From Pseudothermotoga sp. (lineage in GTDB: Bacteria > Thermotogota > Thermotogae > Thermotogales > DSM-5069), in the NCBI GenBank assembly GCA_003510135.1, contig DOKY01000036.1, forward strand, positions 13,503 through 77,502: a stretch of DNA of 64,000 bases. The letters run 5' to 3'. Positions 50,240 to 60,000 of this stretch are shown piece after piece. The position numbers and the translations under genes were made by a program. Every line of letters begins with the position of its first letter. Positions within the stretch are counted from its first letter, which is position 1. Below the pieces are notes generated by a model that saw nothing but the letters and a program-made list of their open reading frames with translations, was not told the origin of the DNA and searched no databases.

Positions 50240-51271
50240 ATGAAGGCCTTGGTGAAGGCATCCATGGCGGAGGGTCTCACGATGATGGAGGTGCCGGACC
50301 CGGATGAACCTGGCCCGACGGAAGTTCTCATCAAGGTAAAAACTGCTTCCATCTGTGGTTCGGACGTGCACATCTACAGATGGGACAGCTGGGCCAAGAG
50401 TCGAATAAAACCACCTCTCATAATTGGACACGAGTTCTCGGGAATTGTGGAGAAGGTTGGTGAAGCCGTCCAGACAGTGAAAGCCGGAGACTACGTCGCC
50501 TGCGAAACCCACATACCCTGTTTGAGTTGCGTTCAGTGTCGCACGAACAGAATGCACGTCTGCCGCGACATGAAGATACTGGGTGTCGACATTAACGGGG
50601 TGTTTGCCGAGTACGTGAAGGTTCCTCAGACTGTGGTGTGGAAGCTGTCGAAAGAAATCGATCCGACCTTTGCGTCGGTGATGGAACCTTTTGGCAACGC
50701 TGTTCACACGGCAAGTGTAGAGGACCTCACGGGCAAGATCGTTTTGATCAGTGGCGTCGGACCCATAGGTGCCATGGCGATACAGGTGGCGAAGGCTTCC
50801 GGTGCTGCCTTAGTCATCGCTTCAGAAATAAAGGAATTCAGAAAATCTCTCGCGCTCGCCAGCGGCGCGGACATCGTCATAGATCCTACGAAGGAGGATC
50901 TGGAAAGCAGGGTACTACAGCTGACCGATGGAAACGGAGTTGACGTGTTCCTCGAGATGTCCGGTAGCGTGGAAGCGCTCAAGCAGGGCCTGAAAGCGAC
51001 AACGAACGGAGGGGCTGTCTCGATCCTCGGGCTCTACGGGAAAGAGGTTCCCATCAGCATCGACGAGCTCATCACGTTCAAATCTCTCAGACTGTTCGGT
51101 ATCACAGGAAGAAAGATGTTCGAAACCTGGCACGTGGCAGACAGACTCCTGAAGTACAAAAAAGTGGACCTTTCGAAGGTCGTGACGCATGTTATCAGAT
51201 TCGATGAATGGAGATACGGTTTCGAATTGATGTTGAGTGGGGAGTGTGGAAAGGTTGTCATGAGGCTCTGA
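50240..51271 (+). CDS. tdh: L-threonine 3-dehydrogenase
   Basis: SICGSDVHIYRWD.WA, IGHEF, ETHIPC..C..C, EPFGNAVHT, GITGRKMFETW. Confidence 0.93.
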   Translation: MKALVKASMAEGLTMMEVPDPDEPGPTEVLIKVKTASICGSDVHIYRWDSWAKSRIKPPLIIGHEFSGIVEKVGEAVQTVKAGDYVACETHIPCLSCVQCRTNRMHVCRDMKILGVDINGVFAEYVKVPQTVVWKLSKEIDPTFASVMEPFGNAVHTASVEDLTGKIVLISGVGPIGAMAIQVAKASGAALVIASEIKEFRKSLALASGADIVIDPTKEDLESRVLQLTDGNGVDVFLEMSGSVEALKQGLKATTNGGAVSILGLYGKEVPISIDELITFKSLRLFGITGRKMFETWHVADRLLKYKKVDLSKVVTHVIRFDEWRYGFELMLSGECGKVVMRL

Positions 51272-52873
51272 TCATTCGATCATCAGGAGGTACGGATAGT
51301 GTGGTTGACCTCCCTCCTGGACATCTATCTGGGGGTTGTCCATGACGTTCTTGAAAACATTTTCTAAGACGGCCACGTCGTCGTCTCTGGCGTCTTGACC
51401 CTTGAATATCGTGACGATCTCTCTTCCTCTCAGATCCAACGCAAGCAGGGCTCTATGCAACGCCTGCTTCAACGACTGCCCGTGTGCGATGAGCGATTTA
51501 CCCTTCAGTATCATGTACTCACCTTTCTTGATTTTCGTGCCGTTGTGTTTTGCGTCTCTGATGGCTCGTGTGATACTCAGAGCGATTATGTAGCTCGCAG
51601 CCTCCTTGAATTTCTGTTTCAGCGCTTCTTCCGATTCGTTAGGGTCGAAGGCCATCATGGCCGAGATACACTCCTGAACGGTGTTCGTCGGTATGAGGAC
51701 CACCTTTTTGTTGTTGACTTGCTCCGCTGCTTGTTTCGCAGCCATGTGGATGTTGGGATTGTTCGGAAATACGAAAACAATGTCAGCGTTGACCCTCTCG
51801 ATAGCGATCTTCAGATCCGCCGTGCTGGGGTTCATAGTTTGTCCACCGCGAACGATCTGGTCCACGCCGAGATTCCTCAGTATCATGCTGATGCCCTGGC
51901 CCGGCGAGACAGCGACAAAACCGTACTTTCTCCTCTGTTCATCCTGTTGAACGACATGTTCGTGTTGCAGCTTCATGTTGTCTACTTTTACCTTCAGAAT
52001 CTCTCCGTACTTCAGTGCCTCCTCTATGACCAGACCGGGATTGTTTGTATGCACGTGCGTTTTCAGAATGGCCGAGTCGTGCACCACAACAGCAGAATCT
52101 CCCACACTTTCGAGAAAACCTCTGAACCGTTCCACTTCCGCGTCTGAGAAGTTGTTTTCTCTCTTTATCATCACCTCTGTGCAGTACTGAAAGGTCAGCT
52201 CCTCGACCGGAAGTTCGACCGTCACCTCACCGTTCTTGCTCGTGAGCAGTTCCAGATTCGGTTTTTCCCCGAGCGTTGCGGCGTAGAAGCCCTTGAATAT
52301 GTAGAACAGTCCCTTCGCGCCGGCGTCTACCACGTTTGCCTCTCTGAGAACCGGTAAAAGTTTCGGAGTTTCTTTGACCGCTTCTTCGGCAACCTGGACT
52401 ACCCACTTCAAAATTTCTGGAAAATCCTGAAAGTTTGCAGCTTCTTCGGAACGTTCAACGATTCTCCTCAACACGGTGAGGATCGTACCTTCAACCGGTT
52501 TCATGACGGCTTTGTATGCCACCTTCTTCGCTTCCTTTATCATTCCCAGGATGTCCCGGGGCTCTAAGAATTTCTTCTTCTCACAGTAAATCGCAAAACC
52601 TCTGAAAATTTGTGAAAGTATCACTCCGGAGTTTCCACGTGCTCCCATCAATGTGCCATTCTTTACTGCCTCCATGACAGAACAAAGATCAGTCTTCGTC
52701 AGCTGCTCCAAGTACTTGCAACCCTCGCGCATGGTTGCGAGCATGTTTGATCCCGTGTCGCCATCGGGAACGGGAAAGACGTTGAGGGCGTTCAGCTCAT
52801 CAACGTGGAGGGCGAGTTCCTCTGTCCCTTTCTCGAACGCGAGCTTCATGAATTTGCCATTCACTTTTGGCAA
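51272..52873 (-). CDS. DAK2-domain protein (fatty acid kinase FakA/YloV family)
   Basis: LNVFPVPDGDTGSNM, GARGNSGVILSQ, PVEGTILTV, GGQTMNPS, GGQPHYPYL. TTG start after GGAGGTG. Confidence 0.92.
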   Translation of the reverse strand: MPKVNGKFMKLAFEKGTEELALHVDELNALNVFPVPDGDTGSNMLATMREGCKYLEQLTKTDLCSVMEAVKNGTLMGARGNSGVILSQIFRGFAIYCEKKKFLEPRDILGMIKEAKKVAYKAVMKPVEGTILTVLRRIVERSEEAANFQDFPEILKWVVQVAEEAVKETPKLLPVLREANVVDAGAKGLFYIFKGFYAATLGEKPNLELLTSKNGEVTVELPVEELTFQYCTEVMIKRENNFSDAEVERFRGFLESVGDSAVVVHDSAILKTHVHTNNPGLVIEEALKYGEILKVKVDNMKLQHEHVVQQDEQRRKYGFVAVSPGQGISMILRNLGVDQIVRGGQTMNPSTADLKIAIERVNADIVFVFPNNPNIHMAAKQAAEQVNNKKVVLIPTNTVQECISAMMAFDPNESEEALKQKFKEAASYIIALSITRAIRDAKHNGTKIKKGEYMILKGKSLIAHGQSLKQALHRALLALDLRGREIVTIFKGQDARDDDVAVLENVFKNVMDNPQIDVQEGGQPHYPYLLMIE

Positions 52874-52887
52874 GCCAGTACACCTCC

Positions 52888-53220
52888 TCAACGAACTCCC
52901 GTTACGTGTACGTTGACCTCGACGTCCTCGCAACCACCAACGTTCTGCATGACGTGAGAGACGTTCTCCATGATGTTCTTGGCAACTTCCGTGACCTTCA
53001 CTCCGTACTCCACCTCTATGTAGATGTCCACAACGACCTTTCCGCTGTCATGTTCCTCGACTTTGATCCTTTCCTCTTCTTTCTCGCCAAAAAGCTTTCC
53101 GAAAAAGCTGTCGGATGAAATGTTCACAGGCCCGTAGCTCTGAAGCGTCGCTATGTACGCCAGTTTCTTGAGCGCTTTCAAACTCACTTCAAGATCTCCG
53201 TATTCCAACTTGACCACCAT
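52888..53220 (-). CDS. Asp23/Gls24 family protein (YloU-like)
   Basis: VDIYIEVEYGVKVTEVAKNI...VNVHVTGV; directly upstream of the DAK2 gene. Confidence 0.88.
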   Translation of the reverse strand: MVVKLEYGDLEVSLKALKKLAYIATLQSYGPVNISSDSFFGKLFGEKEEERIKVEEHDSGKVVVDIYIEVEYGVKVTEVAKNIMENVSHVMQNVGGCEDVEVNVHVTGVR

Positions 53221-55069
53221 ACGTTCCTACCTCCTTTCTCAAAAATGATACCACACGATCGCGAATGCTCTCTGGATCAAGCTTTTGAAACTTCAAGAGC
53301 TCCTCTCTGCTACCGTGCGGTACAAAACCATCCTCAATTCCCATGAGAAGAACCTTTCTGACCAGGCCCTTGTTGTTCAAAAAACTCAAGACAGCTTCCC
53401 CAAAACCTCCATTTATCACGCCTTCTTCGACAGTGACGATCAGTCTGTGAGTCTCAGCGATCCTCAAGAGCGTTTCTTCGTCCAGAGGCTTGACACATCG
53501 CACGTGAACAACCGTGGCGTTCAAGCTTGCATTGAGAACGTTCTGCACCATCGTTCCAACGGCGAGAACAGCCACGTCCTTTCCTTCTTTGATGATCTCC
53601 CATCGGAATGGATCGATCAACTTCGATTGGTTCCAGAGTTCTTCGAAAATCCCCGGTTCTGCCTGTTTTGGGTACCTGATCGCCACAGTTCCTTTCACAT
53701 CCATTTCAACCACGGATCTCAACACGTTCACAAGGTCTTGCAAGCTGCGCGGAGCAAATATTTTACTGTTCGGGATCGTTCTGAACAAGGCGATATCGAA
53801 AACCCCATGGTGCGTCGGACCATCCTCACCGACCAACCCTGCACGATCTACGGCGAAGATCACATTCAGATCCTGAAGTGCCACATCGTGAACGATCTGA
53901 TCATACGCACGTTGCAGAAAGGTCGAATAGATAGCCACAACTGGTCTCATGCCGACGCTCGCAAGCCCCGCGGCAAAGGTCACACATGACTGTTCTGTGA
54001 TACCCAGGTCCACGAACCTGTCGGGCAGGCTCTCTGAAAACTTTCTCAGGCCGGTTCCATCTGGCATCGCCGCCGTTATGGCGAACAACTTTTCGTCGGT
54101 TCGAGCCAATCTTAACACGGTTTCACCAAAGACCTCACTGTAGGAGAGCCAACCTTCTTTGAGGACGGGTTCGCCAGACTCTGGATCGAACTTCGGTGAG
54201 CTATGGAAGAAAACACAGTTCTCCTCTGCCGGTTTGTAACCTCTGCCCTTCTGTGTGACGACGTGCACGACGACCGGATAATCGTAATCCCTTATTCTTT
54301 CGAATATCCCAACGAGAAGCCTCAGATCGTGACCGTCGACCGGCCCGATGTGTTTCAAGCCGAGTGCCTCAAAGAAATCCACACCCTGAATGAACTGTTT
54401 CAAGCTCTCTCTGAGCCTTTTCAATTCCTCTTCGAGATTCTTTCCCAAAGAGGAAACCGAGAGCGCCTTCTTGACCAGATTTTTGAAAGTGAGATACGCC
54501 TGGCTCGTGCGCAACTTGGCGAAGGCTTCTGAGAGTGCCCCAACGTTTTGAGAAATGGACATGCCGTTGTCGTTGAGCACGATCTTCAACCTCGAATTCA
54601 AACTCTTCAGCTGGTTCAAACTCTCGAGCGTTTCTCCGTTCGTCAGCGCACCGTCACCGAGAACGACCACCACGTTCTTTCTTTGGCCAAGCAGGTTCAG
54701 CCCCTTCTCTATGCCCAGCGCGGCAGCCACCGCCGTACCAGCATGACCGGCGCCAAACCTGTCCAGCGGGCTTTCCTTCGTGGTGTTGAAACCGCTTATG
54801 CCCCCAAACTTTCTCAGCGTTGAAAACTCGTCCCACCTGTAAGTCAAAAGCTTGTGTGCGTAGCACTGGTGGGAAGTGTCCCAAACGATTATGTCCTCTC
54901 TCGGATCGAACGCTTTGTAGAGGGCCAGCGTGAGCTCGACCACACCCAAATTGGAAGCCAGATGTCCCCCGTTCTGCGAAACGACCTCGATGATCCTCTT
55001 CCTTATCAAATCGGCGAATCGTTCCAGATCTTCAATCCTCGCGTCTTTCAGCTGATCTATCGTCAGCAT
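53189..55069 (-). CDS. dxs: 1-deoxy-D-xylulose-5-phosphate synthase
   Basis: GGHLASNLGVVELT, GDGALT, LNDNGMSI, AIYSTFLQRAYDQ, DRAGLVGEDGPTHHG. Confidence 0.96.
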   Translation of the reverse strand: MLTIDQLKDARIEDLERFADLIRKRIIEVVSQNGGHLASNLGVVELTLALYKAFDPREDIIVWDTSHQCYAHKLLTYRWDEFSTLRKFGGISGFNTTKESPLDRFGAGHAGTAVAAALGIEKGLNLLGQRKNVVVVLGDGALTNGETLESLNQLKSLNSRLKIVLNDNGMSISQNVGALSEAFAKLRTSQAYLTFKNLVKKALSVSSLGKNLEEELKRLRESLKQFIQGVDFFEALGLKHIGPVDGHDLRLLVGIFERIRDYDYPVVVHVVTQKGRGYKPAEENCVFFHSSPKFDPESGEPVLKEGWLSYSEVFGETVLRLARTDEKLFAITAAMPDGTGLRKFSESLPDRFVDLGITEQSCVTFAAGLASVGMRPVVAIYSTFLQRAYDQIVHDVALQDLNVIFAVDRAGLVGEDGPTHHGVFDIALFRTIPNSKIFAPRSLQDLVNVLRSVVEMDVKGTVAIRYPKQAEPGIFEELWNQSKLIDPFRWEIIKEGKDVAVLAVGTMVQNVLNASLNATVVHVRCVKPLDEETLLRIAETHRLIVTVEEGVINGGFGEAVLSFLNNKGLVRKVLLMGIEDGFVPHGSREELLKFQKLDPESIRDRVVSFLRKEVGTYGGQVGIRRS

Positions 55070-55268
55070 CGGTTTTCACCTCGCTCTGGTGCAGCTGTGC
55101 GTACAGATCCTCAACCTCGATCTTTGCCTTGCTCAGCGCTTCCTGCAGCCTTTTGTACATCTCGATGCCCCTTCTGTAGAGCTCGAGTGATTCATCGAGT
55201 GACAAATTCTGAGAGTTCAGAAGCCCAACGATCTTCTCAAGTTCGTTCATCATATCTTCTATCTTCAT
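55032..55268 (-). CDS. xseB: Exodeoxyribonuclease VII small subunit
   Basis: E..M.ELEKIV..L....LSLDESL.LY..G; follows xseA. Confidence 0.9.
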   Translation of the reverse strand: MKIEDMMNELEKIVGLLNSQNLSLDESLELYRRGIEMYKRLQEALSKAKIEVEDLYAQLHQSEVKTDADDRSAERRED

Positions 55269-56445
55269 CCACTATCACCCTCACCGACCCATCGTGAAAT
55301 CTTATCACGAGCACATCTCCTTGGGACAGCTGGCTTTTCGATACCACTTTCGTACCATCCTTTTCCACAATCACATAACCGCGTTTGAGCTCGGAGATCG
55401 GATCAAGGAGGTTCAGCTTGGCACCCAGTAGCTCCATCCTCTGGTTCAGAGAATCAATCTTTTCATCCATCACAGACTTCATCTCTTCAAACCTTTGCTG
55501 AGAAAGCTTTCTGAAATCTTCCAAAGACTCGATTATGCTGCTTTTCATTTCGAGCAGTAGCTCTTCGGAGCGTTCCTTGATGTTGTTCCAGGTTCTCAGC
55601 ACGTTAGCAAAACACAATCTCAAAGACTGCTGTACGTTGTTCATAACGTCTCGTATGTCGGGTACCGCATACTGCGCGGCCGCAGTTGGTGTGTGGGCAG
55701 CCACATCGGCCACGAGATCAACGAGCACTGTGTCTATCTGGTGTCCGACTCCCGTGATCACAGGATGTCTCAGCTCATAGACGCTCATCACGACTTCCTC
55801 GTCGTTGAACAACCACAGATCTTCCTTCGCGCCTCCACCCCTCGCTATTATGACAACGTCTAGTTCACGAAAGTTTGCATCCGAAAGAGCTCTCAAGATT
55901 TCCTCCTTCGCCGACTCTCCCTGAACACCTGTGTGGTAGAGTACGAGCTTCACAAAGGGAAACCTCTCCGAGATTGTTCTCACTATGTCCTGAAAAGCTG
56001 CCGAATCCCTCGACGTGATGACGCCAATCAGTGATGGAAATCTGGGCAACTTTTTTTTCGGTCTGGAGAACACACCCATCCTGTTCAGCTTCTCGTAGGT
56101 CTCTTTCAGCTTCAAGAACGTGGCACCTCTGCCGGAGAGCAACTTCAATTTCTTGCACAGGAGTCTGTACTGACCTCTCGGGGCGTAAACTCTCACATCT
56201 CCGGTGACTTGAACCATCTGTCCGCTTTCCAGATGAACCTGCATGTGTGCCCCGCCAAACAGGATACAACCGATCGAGGCGTAATCGTCCCTCAAAGAGA
56301 AGAAAAGATGGTTGTTCCTCGTCCTGCAATCAACAACCTCTCCTGCGACCGTAACGTCCGTCAGGTTTGGATCGCCTTCGAAAAGATTCTCTATGTAGAA
56401 CGTGATGTCGCTGACAGTGTAAACGCGTTCCTCATTCCAGTCCAC
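55237..56445 (-). CDS. xseA: Exodeoxyribonuclease VII large subunit
   Basis: YTVS, HLFFSLRD, IGVITS.DSAA, IIARGGG, TGVGHQID, TPTAAA, LKRGY. Confidence 0.94.
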   Translation of the reverse strand: MDWNEERVYTVSDITFYIENLFEGDPNLTDVTVAGEVVDCRTRNNHLFFSLRDDYASIGCILFGGAHMQVHLESGQMVQVTGDVRVYAPRGQYRLLCKKLKLLSGRGATFLKLKETYEKLNRMGVFSRPKKKLPRFPSLIGVITSRDSAAFQDIVRTISERFPFVKLVLYHTGVQGESAKEEILRALSDANFRELDVVIIARGGGAKEDLWLFNDEEVVMSVYELRHPVITGVGHQIDTVLVDLVADVAAHTPTAAAQYAVPDIRDVMNNVQQSLRLCFANVLRTWNNIKERSEELLLEMKSSIIESLEDFRKLSQQRFEEMKSVMDEKIDSLNQRMELLGAKLNLLDPISELKRGYVIVEKDGTKVVSKSQLSQGDVLVIRFHDGSVRVIVDEDRRYDERT

Positions 56446-57931
56446 AGTGCTTCCTCGCCCTCTCGACGATTTCCGAAGGCAACCCCAGCTTTTGCGCGAG
56501 TTTGAGACCGATTCTTTCAACCTGCTTGACGTTGGGAATGAGCGAATAATCGAACATTTTGTGTGGATCTTCTTCCTCAAAGTTTTTAATCCTTCCACAG
56601 CTGTAAACGTTCTTGGCTTGCAAGACAACGCGAGGATAGTGCGTCGTCAGGAAGACATAATCTGACGAACCAAGCAAATGTTCCACGATGGCGAGTGCGA
56701 GCGCCTCTCCTTCAACTGGATTGGTACTCGTGCCGAACTCGTCGAGCAGGAGCAACTTTCTTCCTTCGAGCTGAAGCGCTTGAACGAGCGAGCGGACCTC
56801 CTTAGCGAACGAACTGAAACCCAGCTCTTCTCCCCTGGAGACAAAGCGCACGAACCTGAAAACGGGGCTCGAAAACTCTTCAGCCGGGACGGGATAACCG
56901 AGCTGAAACAGCAGCACAGATGAACCTATCGTCCTGAGAGCTGTTGTCTTTCCTCCCATGTTTGGTCCACACAACACTGTCACACCCGGTCCTGTTTCCA
57001 GACTGACCGGATAGTACTCGTAACCGTTCTTTCTGCAGTAATTCAAAGTGGGAACGAACCTGCCTTTGACCATCCTGAGGTTCTGTGAGAGCGTGGGTTC
57101 GCAGCAACCATATTCGAAGTACATCCTGTAACGTGAAAGATCCAGATCGACAGTCTCGACGGCACGCTCACACAGAATGAGTACATCCGCAAAATCCGCA
57201 ATCTTTCTGCTGACTTCCCTCAAAAGCTTTGAAGCCTCGAGTTCCATCTCTTCTTCCAGACGCTCCAGATCCTTCTTCAGCGACGTTGCCCTCTCAGTAT
57301 CGACCAGGCGCAGGTGCCAGCGCTCACCGTAATCTTTCACAATCTGCGCCAGTCTCGACTTGACGAGTTGCTCTCCAACTTGCGCAGAAACAGTGAACTC
57401 CTCGCCGCGAGGCCTCAGGCCCACTAAGGTTTGTATTTCATCGCACAGCCGGTTGAATTCCGTCTTCAATTTCTTTGATGTCTCAAGGTGAGCTTTCCTC
57501 AGCGCAACGAGTTTTTCAGATTGAAGCTGCAAAGTTTCTCCATCGCCAAAGTAGTGCGACAGAACCTTCCAAAGGCCATCGATCTCTGGCAAATCCCAGA
57601 TCTGATCTGCAATCCTTCGAAGGGACAAGAAATTGAAGACAAACCTCTTGAGTTTTGCAAAATCCGATATCTCCAGAAAGCCATTTTCTAACTGATGACT
57701 GAGATCTGGAATCCTCTCCAGAATCTTCTCCAGACTCAGCACGAGTTCGTTGCTCAGTTTCAAAACCTTTCTCAACCTGTTCCAGTGGGATGAAAACTGC
57801 TCCTCACAGTTCATGATGCATGAAAAATTGTCCAGGGCCCTCTTACCGTACGCGGTCTTTGGTAAGAAGGGCCCCAGAATTTCATCGATCATCGTGAAGG
57901 ACCTCGTTGGTCCGTCAACGAAGTCGTACAT
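56432..57931 (-). CDS. MutS-domain-V ATPase lacking mismatch-binding and Smr domains (MutS-related/KamC-like)
   Basis: Walker A GPNMGGKT, FSSFAKE, LLLLDEFGTSTNPVEG, TTHY, terminal LAQKLGLPSEIVERA; only 499 aa. Confidence 0.8.
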   Translation of the reverse strand: MYDFVDGPTRSFTMIDEILGPFLPKTAYGKRALDNFSCIMNCEEQFSSHWNRLRKVLKLSNELVLSLEKILERIPDLSHQLENGFLEISDFAKLKRFVFNFLSLRRIADQIWDLPEIDGLWKVLSHYFGDGETLQLQSEKLVALRKAHLETSKKLKTEFNRLCDEIQTLVGLRPRGEEFTVSAQVGEQLVKSRLAQIVKDYGERWHLRLVDTERATSLKKDLERLEEEMELEASKLLREVSRKIADFADVLILCERAVETVDLDLSRYRMYFEYGCCEPTLSQNLRMVKGRFVPTLNYCRKNGYEYYPVSLETGPGVTVLCGPNMGGKTTALRTIGSSVLLFQLGYPVPAEEFSSPVFRFVRFVSRGEELGFSSFAKEVRSLVQALQLEGRKLLLLDEFGTSTNPVEGEALALAIVEHLLGSSDYVFLTTHYPRVVLQAKNVYSCGRIKNFEEEDPHKMFDYSLIPNVKQVERIGLKLAQKLGLPSEIVERARKHCGLE

Positions 57932-57935
57932 CCTC

Positions 57936-59987
57936 TCACCGACTCACGATCAGCAGCAACAAAGGAGCGAATACCTCCGCAACTAAGGACATGACAGTGA
58001 TCATCGTGTTGAGGGATGGACCCGCGGTGTCTTTGAACGGATCTCCTACGGTGTCTCCAACGACGGCCGCTTTGTGTGCCTCGGAGCCTTTTCCTCCGAG
58101 ATGGCCTTCTTCTATGTATTTCTTCGCGTTGTCCCAGGCACCTCCAGAGTTGGCCATGAAGAGTGCAAATATGATTCCACTAACGATGCTGCCAGCAAGG
58201 AATCCAGCCAGTGCCTCTCGTCCAAGGACCACGAGCGTCAACGCCGGAGCCACGATCGCGACCACACCTGGTAGGAGCAATTCTCTGAGTGCACCTGCCG
58301 TAGCGATGTCGACACACTTTGCATAATCGGGCCTTGCCTTTCCCTCAGCAAGGCCGGGTATCTCCCGGAACTGCCTTCTTATTTCCTCTATCATTCTTTC
58401 AGAGTTCCTGCTGACCGCCAGAATCAACATCGCAGAGAGCAGTGGCGGCATCATGGCACCTATGAAAACGCCTGCGATCACCCGGGGAGACATCAAGTCC
58501 AGCGTTTTTATATCAACAAGGTGTGCGTAAGCAGCGAACAGCGCCAGCACGGTGAGGGCCGCTGAACCTATGGCGAATCCCTTCGTTATAGCTTTGGATG
58601 TGTTCCCAGCCGCATCGAGCATGTCCGTCACCGCGATGACTTCTTCACCCAAACCGGATTGCTCCGCCACACCTTTGGCGTTGTCAGAGATCGGCCCATA
58701 GGCGTCTGCAGAAATTATGGTACCCACTATTGAGAGCATTCCGAGCGCGGCAGACGCAATACCATAGAACGGATCTATGCCGAATGCTTTGGCCAGGTAC
58801 CAAGATGCGATGGTCGCTGCGGCGATGCAAAGGATGGGTGGGACGATGCTGACCAGTCCGTACGAGAATCCCATGAGTATGTTGATCGCGGTGCCCGTTA
58901 CCGATGCCTCGGCGATTGTTTTCGTTGGTTTCTTCTCTATCGAGGTGAAGTAATCTGATGTCAGTCCTATCACTATGCCGGCGCCGAGGCCTGCGAGCGT
59001 TGGTAAGAACACACCCAGCCACGAATTTCCTTCAAGACCTGAAAAACGTGTCACCAAGAATAGAAGTACAACGAAGATGAAACACGTCAGGAACGTTCCA
59101 AGGTTCAAAGCCCTCCCCGGACTCTTCTTGATACTGCGCGCGACGAACAGCAAGGCCAGCATCGAGGAGAACAATCCCGCTGCAGCTATCGTTAGAGGCA
59201 ACACAGTGAGCGTTGCACTCGCAATCTCTGCACCGATGATCATCGTTGCAACGACGCTCGCGATGTAGGAATCTGTGAGATCTGCGCCCATGCCGGCAAC
59301 GTCTCCAACGTTGTCCCCGACATTGTCTGCTATCACCGCAGGGTTCCTCGGATCGTCCTCTGCTATCCCGAGTTCCACCTTACCGACCAGATCGGCACTG
59401 ATGTCTGCCGTCTTGGTGTAGATACCCCCACCCGCCTTCGCGAACAAGGCCAGAGCGCTCGCTCCGAAGCTGAAGCCAAGGACGACGCTTGCCGCGTCTG
59501 GGTCAGACCAGCCCAGCAACACCCTGAAAACGAAGAACAGGATCGAAATGCCCAGCAGTGAGATACCGACCACGAACAAGCCCATGACCGCTCCACCGTA
59601 GTAGGCGACCGGGAACGCCGCCTTGAGTCCTTTCCGTGCCGCGGCCGCCACCCTCACGTTAGCCTCCACGGCGGCCCTCATACCCACGTAGGCGGCGAGT
59701 GTCGTACATGCCGAGCCGAGTACGTAGGCGACTGCCATGGAAAAACCTATCGTCACGCCCCTGAGGAAGCTCGTGACGACTCCCAGCACGATCGCCATGA
59801 CCAGGACGAAAACAGCCAGAGTCCTGTTCTGCCTTCTCAAATAGGCAACTGCTCCCTCTTTGATCGCATCGTGGATCTGTCTCATTCTCTCGTTGCCTGC
59901 ATCTTTTCTCAAAACGTAAGCCATCAGCGCGAGCGCCAAAACCATTGAGCCCGCACCCGCCAAAAGACTCAGCGCGAACCAGCTCAT
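57936..59987 (-). CDS. hppA: Membrane-bound cation-translocating pyrophosphatase
   Basis: GGGIYTKTADISADLVGKVE, EDDPRNPAVIADNVGDNVGD, DAYGPISDNA, GGAWDNAKK, GDTVGDPFKDTAGPS; many TM segments. Confidence 0.95.
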   Translation of the reverse strand: MSWFALSLLAGAGSMVLALALMAYVLRKDAGNERMRQIHDAIKEGAVAYLRRQNRTLAVFVLVMAIVLGVVTSFLRGVTIGFSMAVAYVLGSACTTLAAYVGMRAAVEANVRVAAAARKGLKAAFPVAYYGGAVMGLFVVGISLLGISILFFVFRVLLGWSDPDAASVVLGFSFGASALALFAKAGGGIYTKTADISADLVGKVELGIAEDDPRNPAVIADNVGDNVGDVAGMGADLTDSYIASVVATMIIGAEIASATLTVLPLTIAAAGLFSSMLALLFVARSIKKSPGRALNLGTFLTCFIFVVLLFLVTRFSGLEGNSWLGVFLPTLAGLGAGIVIGLTSDYFTSIEKKPTKTIAEASVTGTAINILMGFSYGLVSIVPPILCIAAATIASWYLAKAFGIDPFYGIASAALGMLSIVGTIISADAYGPISDNAKGVAEQSGLGEEVIAVTDMLDAAGNTSKAITKGFAIGSAALTVLALFAAYAHLVDIKTLDLMSPRVIAGVFIGAMMPPLLSAMLILAVSRNSERMIEEIRRQFREIPGLAEGKARPDYAKCVDIATAGALRELLLPGVVAIVAPALTLVVLGREALAGFLAGSIVSGIIFALFMANSGGAWDNAKKYIEEGHLGGKGSEAHKAAVVGDTVGDPFKDTAGPSLNTMITVMSLVAEVFAPLLLLIVSR

Positions 59988-60000
59988 GCTCTTCACCTCC

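Noticed and set aside
25258..55268. Missing usual neighbours (ruvB for ruvA, fliD/fliC for fliS, ispA between xseB and dxs)
   Set aside because: Dispersed operons are common in this lineage, and absence from one window says nothing about the rest of the genome.
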